From Octopus sinensis (lineage: Eukaryota), in contig NC_043000.1 in the NCBI RefSeq assembly GCF_006345805.1, forward strand, positions 54,746,001 to 54,810,000: a DNA stretch of 64,000 nucleotides, given 5' to 3'. The notes beneath the pieces are model-generated. The model saw only the letters and a program-made list of their open reading frames with translations, made no database searches and was not told where the DNA came from. Positions 1 through 13,993 of the stretch are shown here, in pieces. Position numbers and translations under genes: made by a program. Numbering within the stretch: the first letter of the stretch is position 1; each line of letters starts with the position of its first letter.

Positions 1-168
1 TTCATTTGGTATACAAATTTCTGCTTTGTTTTCATTTCTATAGCCGTTATTTTGCACTTGCCAATGCTGAGTAACTTAACTGATGATGTATTATACATGT
101 ATATATCCATCTATACATGTATACATCTATCTATCTATCTCTCAAACCTATCTATATCTATATTTATC

Positions 169-206
<38 letters not shown>

Positions 207-1591
207 ATTATAAATAATTATATATATATATATACATATAGATAATTATAAATAATTATAATGGCCAAAGAAAAAAACGCATGTCGAAATATTACAATGC
301 CAGTAGACTTGCCTAGCTCTATGGTAAGTTTGAAAGCCAAATGAGAGTAGTCTACGATAATTTATTTTCAGAACAAATATGTAACGTGGAGATATTTATT
401 CATAGAAGGTGACAGTATAATACACAAAACTGCAAAGTATTCGAATAAGTTATGTTATATTTCATTATTTTTTTATGTATCCATGATAAATAGCGATACT
501 AGTAAAATCATACATAAATGTTTCCAATACCAAGCTCGCAATACCGAACTTTCAAGATTTTCTTTATGCTACTCTCTACAACGACGTCGACAATGCATGT
601 ATCCTGTCAGAACTGCATTTATAATCATATTTTCATGAGACTGGCCAATATTTTTAGAGTTTGGATAAATATCATTTAAACTATTCCTAAAAGATTTTCC
701 GTACATGATGTGTAGTACTTCTTATTTGTATTATCATATACACCTTATAACCACCTGTTTATAGGTTAGTTGAATAAGTTTAGCAGATTTTGTAACTTTT
801 AACTATTTATAATTCTGTAAGCGGCATCTTTGTCTATTCCTCAGATAAAATTATATAAAATCTAAATCTACTTTTCATGAGGCCAATATTAATAATTTGT
901 ATATATTTATATTCTACGTATTTGCTAAAATTCGCAGCTTTAAATAATCATGCTGTCAATATCATGAATTTCAATATAAAAGTTGTGTTCCAATAGGCAC
1001 AAGCTGAGTGGTTTCTAAGGAATAAATAAGTGGGAAGAAACTAACAAAATAGCCACGAGTGACCATGAGCAGATATTTCATGCCTTTGCAGTTATGTTAC
1101 GCTACATCTTACAATTTTTACTATTGTTGAGCGAGGGAGACAGAAAACCGATACTAGTTAAGAAATGTTGCATTTTATATATTTAAAAAATTACTTCCCT
1201 GCAACTGGTATATCTATCATTAATTCGTATTTGTTTTCAACACTACATAGTTTGTCAGATATGTAAAATTTTGATGAAATTACCGTTACAAAAAACAAAA
1301 CCTCTTTAAGTCTCACTAGCTATTTTATGCTCTGTAAAGCAGGGCGCAAAGAATGCATTCATAAATCTCTAAGTCCCTTTTCTGAAATGCAATGTTCTTT
1401 ATAGTACGGATGCAGTAGATAGGTTATACTATGTAAACCTTTGTTAGTTCTACTTCTCCAAAGAAACATGCTATATTGGAGACTCTAAATTAATTTCTTC
1501 GTACATGGAATCATATGACAGCAACCTCCGTAATAAACAAGCCAGAATTATAAAATCAATAGTGTTCGAGCCGTAATATTCCCATTTCTAA

Positions 1592-1810
1592 AGACGACGA
1601 GCAGGCACAATCGTTAGCACGCCCGACATTATGCTTAGCGGCATTTCGTCCGTACTTACGTTCTGAGTTCAAATTCCATCCAGGTCAACTGTGCCGTTAA
1701 TTTTCTCGCAGTCAATAAAATAAGTACTAGTTGAATTCTGGGGTCGATGTAATTGACTTAGCCACTTATCAAAAATTTCTGGACTTGCACGAAAATTTGA
1801 AACTAATGTT
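1592..1810 (+). mobile_element. SINE family 1 (tRNA-like head), diverged copy
   Basis: Matches the other copies in the window: AATCGTTAGCACGCC...GTTCTGAGTTCAAATTCC (B-box-like)...GGGGTCGATGTAATTGACT. Confidence 0.8.
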
Positions 1811-2500
1811 CACCTTTCTTCTAACTAGAGTATATTCAGCGCAATAGGGAAAAAGACGCAGTTTTTTAAGATGACTTATCAGAATTTGGAATAAGTTTAG
1901 ATGTTATTTCAACTAACTCTTCAACAAAAAAGCCATGGCTTTCGGACAACGATAGATGTTTATCCCAAATGTATACATATGAAATTTAAATTATTTATAT
2001 TACCCCTATGAACTAATAATATTTTCGTAAATAGTACCCACGTATAAGAAGAAATTTTACTTGTTATTTCTATAAGGTGAGGCCGCCACAAAGACATCAT
2101 TTTCTATATCATTTTCTTCCCGCTAGGTATGAAAATAAAAATAAGATGTTAACAAATTTATGAAAGGAACTTCGATACGTTTATAATGATTTCATTCAAC
2201 TATGGTTGTATATGTTTTCACACCACATAATATGACACCGCATATTTTCAAACATCTATAGGTTGAATTTTTCTGTCGTTTTCTTCTCTCTCTCTCTCTT
2301 TACACACACACACACACACACACACCACACACACACACATACATACACATATATATATAGTGGGAGAGAGATATTGAAAAGTAGGTAGATACGTAGAGAT
2401 AGAGATAAAGATATATATGCATATGTATACATACATAATTATATTCATGTATACATATATATACAAACATATACGTATATATATATATATACGTATATAA

Positions 2501-2583
<83 letters not shown>

Positions 2584-2591
2584 CATATATA

Positions 2592-2657
<66 letters not shown>

Positions 2658-3339
2658 TATACATATATACATTTACATATTTATGCATATATATACGTGT
2701 GTACGTAACGTAACTTCTTGCTACATTGTTATATGTGTAAGTGTGCATGGGTGTGCGTATTAATTTATATATTGCAATTTACTAATAAACTTCAATAGTC
2801 ATCTAACGGTACTCAACAGACTTTGACAAGGGATATAGACTATCTTATGGTGCATTTCACACAGCAATAAAATATTCTATATTACACATACAATAATTTT
2901 ATCGAGTGTAATGTGGCGAAATATCATACAATCTATATGTCCATTTTTGTGACTAATGTTTCAAGATATGCAAAGACCACATTTAATGAAAACATTAATG
3001 AAGTTGGTCAATGTAACTGGTTCGGCATGATTGTATCGCACCTGGTATCTACCATATAAAGACACATTAATAAATTTTATATTGTATGAATGTATGTATC
3101 GTATATTCTTTGCATAGTATCAGATCACACCAGTGAAGGAATATACATAAACTCATGCACAAATACATACACAAATCGTCCTCTCTCATATCATTATCCT
3201 CCTCCTCTCCTACCCCTCTCTCTCTCTCTCTCTCACTCTCTCCGTGCATATATGTGTACGTATATTTTTATACATACATATATATATGCATGCATCAGTA
3301 TGTGTGTATGTACTACACAAGCACACACATATGTATCTA

Positions 3340-5215
<1,876 letters not shown>

Positions 5216-5306
5216 TACTTACTTTGATACTTACTTTGATAGGTTTCGGCCATTATTGGCCCAGGCCATGTCTAACTTAATAGCACCACCTGGTGAAGTC
5301 TTCAAG

Positions 5307-8300
5307 TCAGAATTTGGGCACTATGGCCCACTCAAGTAGAGAGTTATTGTTTACAGAGACATATCCAGGTGTAGGGGGTTTATCCGGGATTTCTTGAAGG
5401 AATCTGTCCAAAGACTTCTTGAACCCTATAGGGTCAGTTTCTGTTTTAATGTGTTTTGGTGTAATGTTAAAGAGAGCGGGGCCAATTGAGGTGAAATAAT
5501 TGTGCCGTATTGTTGTTATGAGATGAGAGTGCGATTTTTGTTTGGGGGCGGATGGCACGGGGCCCAAGCCTTGGATGTACCTTAAAGGTGATGCCAACAT
5601 CATTTGGGCAATGCTGATGGAATATTTTCCACATCATGCAGATGATGTAGCGCTCACGACGACGTTGGAGAGAATAGAGTTTTAGCTTTTCTAGCCGACC
5701 CCAATAGTCGAGGCCTGTCATGCCATCTATCTTTTTTGTGATTGCCCTTTGAGGTGCTTCAACTTTTATGATACCTTGTATTGTGTGGGGAGACCACAGT
5801 GGACAACAGTATTCAAGGTGGGGTCGGGCAAAAGTGGAGAAGAGAAGGATAATGGTGTGGATATCTCTCGACTGGAAAGTTCTGAGAATCCAGGAACACA
5901 TTCTGCGGGCCATGTCAACTTTGGTGTTTATATGAGTGGCCCAGCTTACGTTGTGTCCACAATTACTCCCAAGTCTCTGATGTTGTTGGACGCCGCGAGA
6001 GTTTCACCTGAAGGAAGGGAGTATGGGAGTTTCAGGGCATCCTCTTTTCCAAAGTGGATTAGCTCAAATTTATCCTCGTTCAGCAGCATATTGTTTTTTT
6101 CTGCCCATTGGATAACAGCCAGTAGATCTGACTGAAGGCATGTCCGGTCACTCGCCTCATTTATGACCTTCTGTAGCTTGGAGTCATCTGCAAAGATTTT
6201 TATGTTGCTGTGCTTGATGGTGTCATTAATGTCATTAATGTAAATGATGAAAAGAAGTGGGCCTAGCACAGTGCCTTGCGGAACGCCACTACTGACTTTG
6301 GCTGGGCTTGATTTTACCCCTTCAACTACAACATGTTGAGATCTGTCTGTCAGGAAACACTCAATCCATTTCAGTAACTTTCCAGAGACACCAATGTTGG
6401 ATAGTTTTTTCAATAGGATCTTGTGATCGACCCTGTCGAAGGCCTTACTGAAATCAAGGTAGATGACATCGGTGTTGGAGCCCTCTCCCAAAGCTCTCAA
6501 AATGTCCTCAAAGTGATCAGGAGCTGCGTTAGGCAGTCCCTTCCATTACGGAACCCATGTTGGTTGGAGATCAGCCGTCTGTTGCTTTCCAGAAATTGGG
6601 TTATTCGAGATCTCACCACCCTCTCAAATACCTTGATGATATGAGAGGTGAGTGAGATCGGGCGGTAATTCACTGCAAGGGACTTGTTTCCCTTTTTGAA
6701 AACTGGGACAACAGACTGGGACAGAAGGTTTTTTGGAATATAGCCAGCATCCAGTGAGTTTCTCCACAGATTAGCAAGGGGAGATGCAAGTTGGTGTCGA
6801 CACACCTTCAGGACACAAGCAGGGAATCTATCGGGGCCTACTGCTGAATTGTGTTTATTTCGTTTATCGCCGCTAAGACATCAGGGGCACTAAACGTTAT
6901 GTCCGATATAGTGTGTTGGGGGTTGACATCACTGATACAGCCCAGATCGGCCATATCAGGATTGCTGAAAACAGAGCAGTAGTTGTTTCTGCAGTATCTC
7001 GGCCATGGATTTGGCATTATCTTGGAGAGTGCCAGTTTCGTCAATTAGAGGGCCTACAGTGGGACACAGTGACCCTGCGTTTCCTCGCAAATGAAAAGAA
7101 CACTTTGGGGTTGAGTTTGATTTTTTCAATGGCCCACTTCTCCTCAGCTGATCTTTGGTTATTGATGAGGGTCTTCATGCATTGTTGGAGGTTATATTTT
7201 TTGGATTCAAGCAGTGCGATAGCCGTCGAATGTGTGTGTTGCTGTTGGCAGTACTTTAGTTTGTTAATTTTTTTGTTTGTTCTTTTTATTTTTCTGATAA
7301 TGGTTTTTCTGTTTTGGGGGATTCTGCACTTTTTGTTCACAGGTCTTGGTGGGGAGTGTTTTGCACATATGTCTGTGACGGTTGACAAAGATCTGCCAAG
7401 ATGTTTTATGGTTGGTGGAGATGTGTGTATGTGTAAAGGACCAGTCAACATTTGATAGCTCGTTCCTGATTGCATCCCAGTTGGCTTTATGGAGATCCAT
7501 GTTGTCAAATGGGTGGGCTGGAGGAAGGTCACTAGGATTAGCTTTCGGCTGGTGGAATTTCATGTTACAGAGAACCATGTCATGGTCTGAAAGAAGGGTT
7601 TTTTCCACTGTAACGTTATGTATAGTGTTAGTGTGGTTACTAAACACTAGGTCCAAAATGTTCTGATGTCTTGTTGGTGCAAGGACAAGTTGGGACAAGA
7701 AAAACTCATTCGTAAAGTCGAAAAGTGACTCTGCTGCTTCTTTGTCAGCGGTTGAGGCGGGAGTGCTTGGTTTCAAACAGTTTGTAGTCCAGTCAACACA
7801 GGGTAGATTGAAGTCTCCCATCATGAGTATGTTGCTAGAATGGCACTGTTGAATAAAGCACTTAATGCTGTTGAGGCATTCTTTAAAGCACAGTATGGGT
7901 GTTTGGGGCGGCCTATAGAGCCCAATTACTGTCAGGTCATTGGCTTTGTTGTGCACGGTGACTGATTCACAGTAGCCGTTGGAGAATATACTATTTCCAT
8001 CTGCCGTAAATGAATCATGCAGGAAAATGGCAGTTCCACCTTCCTCCTGCCGATACGATCCGCGCGCGCGGATGGTTGTGAAATTCTTCACTCTCACTTC
8101 GGCTTCCAAGTGGGAGTTGTCAAGGTGGGTCTCAGTGAGAATGAAGAAAGGGATGTGGTGTGAATGGTTACCAACCCAGTCTTCAATGAATTGGACCTTC
8201 CATTTTTGTGCATTGATGGAAGGGCTGACACCTTGTGCATTGAGTAGGAATGTGGAGGTTAGTGTAGTGGCTGGTTTTGACTGTTGCAGGGGGCTTGGAT

Positions 8301-8418
8301 TTTTTGTGTGTGTGTTAGTGGCAGCAATGTGGGGAATTGGTGCACTGGGGTAATAGCATAGGATGGTGTGAGTGATGGCTAGAATGTTTTTGTGTATCTC
8401 TTTTGCCATGTTCAACAT
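5307..8418 (-). CDS. LINE-A ORF2: APE endonuclease plus reverse transcriptase, split by several 1-bp frameshifts
   Basis: ORF-track pieces 7264-8418, 7041-7532, 6838-7044, 6497-6805, 5946-6500, 5467-5913 and 5307-5603 are collinear parts of one CR1 ORF2. Confidence 0.9.
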
Positions 8419-8420
8419 GG

Positions 8421-9536
8421 CTAAAAAAGAATTTTCCTGCTTAGGGAGCAGTTTTTGGCTGGAGGTGTGGTTGCACTGTTGGATAGGGTTGTAGTTTCCA
8501 CTTTTGTTGTTGTTGTTTTTGTGTCTTCCTGAAAAGACTGGACCAGCATTACTGCAGCATGGTGTGTTCTATTTTTATTGTTATTCAGGTTTGTGTGTGG
8601 CTTGGGGGCCCCGTTTCTGTTTGTGCGTCGGGTCCCTGGAAGATGAGTGAAGGGACAGTCACTCAGTAGACATGTTCTCTCACGTTGGGAATACCGGCAG
8701 ATTTTGGGACTCCGAGTTGTGTGTGTTTTGAATTTCGATTTACTATTTGGTGGTGTTGATGTCATGGGATGCGTGCTTTGGCCTTGGCCGGTAGTGCGTC
8801 TAGTGCCGGGTAGATGCGTGAAGATGCAGTCACTATTTGTGCAGAGTCTCTGGCGCAGTGAATAGCGGCATATTTGGGGATTTCTTGTTTGTGCCGTGGG
8901 GGGCGCATTCTGCTTCCTATGTTTCTTTAAGTTTTTGTTACTGCAGTAGTATTGAGGTGGTGATGTGGGGAAGAGGGCAGTGGTTTCTTATTTGGTTTTC
9001 TGTCGGTATTTTTGGTGATAGAAGACGATGGTGGCAGCGGTGTGGTGATGATGATGATAATTGTGGTGGTTGCTGTGAGAGCGGTGAAAAGATACTGGTA
9101 TTTAGTGAATCGTCTAGTAAGCTAGAGTTGAGGAGTGGCTGTGTTGTTCTTGTTGCTGTGGCTGTTGTTGTGTTGTTGTGCCTGACCGATGTCAGGGTCA
9201 GCCATTGTGCTGGGAACCAGGAGTGGCTCATTCTGTTGTTGTTGTTGTTGTTGTGGCTGCTGATTTTCTAGCTGTTGTTGTTCTTGAACTGTGAAAATAT
9301 GTAGAAGCTTTTCATAATGGCCTCTTATCAGTTTGAAAGATACTTCGATATGTTTCAACTTGCTACGAATCTGTTTGACGGATCGTGTGTTGACCACTTG
9401 ATGTTTTTTCGGCAATCTCATTCAAACACAAGACATTTAGATTTTCTGTTTGGGAAAGAGAAAGCCATGTGTTTATTAAAACATCAATTTCGTTATCAGA
9501 CCAATTTCGTCTGTTGCAGGCCTGCAAGTTAGTCAT
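8421..9536 (-). CDS. LINE-A ORF1 (frameshifted): Myb/SANT-like domain, Q-rich linker, two CCCH zinc fingers
   Basis: ATG at 9536 gives MTNLQACNRRNWSDNEIDVLINTW...EIAEK. Removing one base from the T6 run at 9404-9409 continues it into HQVVNTRSVKQIRSKLKHIEVSFK. C-x8-C-x4-C-x3-H motifs lie at 8814-8870 and 8643-8699. Confidence 0.75.
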
Positions 9537-9879
9537 GTTTGTTTTTCTTTTGTTTGTTTTCCTTTTGATTTTTGAAAATATATATATTCTTTCTTGGAGT
9601 TAAAGAAGTGTATATATATATAATGTTCTCTCTTAAGGGTGTGAGTTTTTGATTATTTGGTTGTTTGAGATATTAAAAGAAAAACAGTTGTATATAACAA
9701 TTTGTAGTTAAATGAAAACGTACTTACGGGTTTGTAGGCAAACACGTGGTTACAAATATATATATATTTAAGGTCAGTTAGTTTTGAAGCTGTGTAGCTT
9801 GCTACTGACTTGGGAGAGAAACAAATAGACGTCCGTCCACTTCAACAGTTAATCCAGTCCGTCCACTTCAACAGTTAAT

Positions 9880-11457
<1,578 letters not shown>

Positions 11458-13807
11458 TCAGAGTTGGAGAGCTTTCAAGGTTTCTATATTTCATCTGGGA
11501 TTAATACTGAATCTAAATCTATATCATCTTTGTCGTGTCGAAATATCCATTAAAATTACAAATATCGCGTCATAAGTATATAATATTCAATTTCTAACAG
11601 TAGCAATGTTGTCCATCTACATCTGTGATGTTTTAAGTGATTGCACTGAGCAACGAAAAATTTGTTAGTCGCCAAAATCATTCAAATTAATTCATAGCAA
11701 TTTTGGATGCTGTGATACCACCGCCTGAAACACACACACTCACACACAGACACACACACAAAGTGTTTTTACCAGACAGAACTTAAACTTTAAACTAATG
11801 CATTCTGTTTAAATTGTAGTTTTTCCCAATATGATGTACTGTAAATTTGTAGAATCGGATTAAAATAGAGGTTATGAGTTCAATTTGGTCATTGTTCATA
11901 TTACATTTGGCAACAAGGTAAATTAGGATCATTGAACTGAGAATGCGATATTTGATATCATAGTGTCATTGAGTTTTATGAACGTATTTACTGACATATG
12001 TGGAGGGATTTGTATCTAGCGTTTTACTCTTCTACATTATCATTTAATTTCCTTGCAAGGCGCACTTTAAAATCGTCTGTCAGGTTTGATAATCGATATT
12101 TCAAGTATTTTTCGGGAGAGAAACAAGTAAATAAAAGTTCATTACGAAAAAATTTAGCATAACCTACATGTAGTTTTCTGTAGCTGTGGTGAACAGAGTA
12201 TGGTTAGGCATAGAAAAATCACTGATCTTCTAAAACAATTATATGTTTGGTTTTCTGGAGTAGATTTTGGAGACCAAGATAAACTTGGGCTACCCATAAT
12301 TCTCTGTTTAGCCACTTTTGCAATGGACTCACGGACGAGGAAAATATTTTAATTTTGGTGTATCTGTAGATGTTACCATAGCCGTAAGACTACCGGTATG
12401 ATTGTTATTTTTGCGTCGTTAATGTGAAAGATTAGTCTGTTTAGCGAACTGTACTCGTCGGGAAAGGAATGTTCATACAACTATTTACCCCCCAAGTTGA
12501 TCTTACTACTTTTGAAGTTTAAAACCTACATAACTTCATATCTGACACAGATGGTTGCAGGGAAAATGAATATTAAATAAGTCTCTACACTAAAGCATGT
12601 TTTTTTTAATGATACGTAATCTCAGTCGATCAAAATATTCCAAAGAACCTAAGTATCCAGTGTAAAGAAAAAATAGCTGTCTACAACCGGAAAGTAAATA
12701 TCAACATACCAGAAAAGACAAGTGGCGCTTCTTTCTTGCTTCAACGAATATGAAGATTTTATCTGAACAAAATATGGATGGTTTCTGTGTCAACAGCTTC
12801 GCCAGAGCCCGTTAAACAATAGAAACCACTGCATTTTTATTAATTGATCATTCATTTGAGCTTAAACTAGGAACGACTCGACTATTTGTTTTGAATTTTA
12901 AACGATGAGTTTCTTGTTCAGACAATAAAGTGGTTACTTAAATATTCTTGTTCTATGGGCTTAAGGGACAGAAGAGCAAATAAAGATTATAGTGAAAAAA
13001 GTGATATGTTATTCAATGGAGAAAAGTACATAAAGAACAATGAATATCATTGAAGGACTCTAAGGTCAAAAAGAAATCACCATTTCCCCTTCCACTGAGC
13101 TTGATTGATATATTGCAATGTACTTAAATAGCAAAATATAACTTCTGGATTGTCTTCTACATTTGTGTTTATTTTTTCGTAATTGTTTATGTGACAATGT
13201 GGTACACAATTTTGGTATTTTATGCGAATACTCTCTGATGAGTGTGGGAGAATTTCAAATAGGTGACATCGATTACGTCAAAACTTAGAGCTAATCTGGA
13301 AACCCAGGTGTCATCAACAGATTTCATGGTCACTGGGTGATATCTATGTCATTGTATTCAGTATATTTGAAGAGGTTTTACGGATCAGGATTTGGGGATA
13401 TGATAAAAGTTATTAATAATCTTTCAAAATGAATTGAATCTGCTCTTGAAAGTATACGTGAAACTATTTTCACTCTACATTTTTCCTGGAGGTCTTTCAC
13501 CAATTATTTGATCAAATAATTATTTCGTTGTTTTTTTCAAATAGTGGACCACATTATCTATTTCAGGTCTCCCCAGAACTGCATTTATACGTATGTAATC
13601 CTGTTTTTAACTCCAGTGGTATGCAATGACTATTGTTTTCTATAATATCATTTCTTCGTGTGTTCTAAATTTGTATATTAAACACGAATCAAAACTATGA
13701 AATTATATAGAAAACATTTCCACTATTCTTTCTTTCGTTTCTCTCACGTACTGCGTAAAGATAAGCATTCATACACTCAAACGCACGGGGACATAAGTCT
13801 ATAATGC

Positions 13808-13838
<31 letters not shown>

Positions 13839-13861
13839 CCCTAATTATTAATATACATACC

Positions 13862-13926
<65 letters not shown>

Positions 13927-13945
13927 CTAATTATTAATATACATA

Positions 13946-13993
<48 letters not shown>

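Larger units (their letters stand above)
5217..9879 (-). mobile_element. Full-length CR1-clade non-LTR retrotransposon (LINE-A), about 4.66 kb
   Basis: 5' UTR, ORF1, APE (TETHL, YRPP, MGDFNLP, TRHQNILDLV, SDH), RT (YRPISLTS, QHGFR, YLDFSKAFDRV, GVPQGTVLGP, FADD) and CR1 C-terminus (LEYCCPLWSP, YSLQRRRERY). 3' tail is (ATCAAAGTAAGT)2. Both ends abut (TA)n. Confidence 0.95.

Noticed and set aside
5749-9271. Plus-strand ORFs overlapping LINE-A
   Set aside because: Antisense shadows of the element's coding strand with no recognisable motifs.
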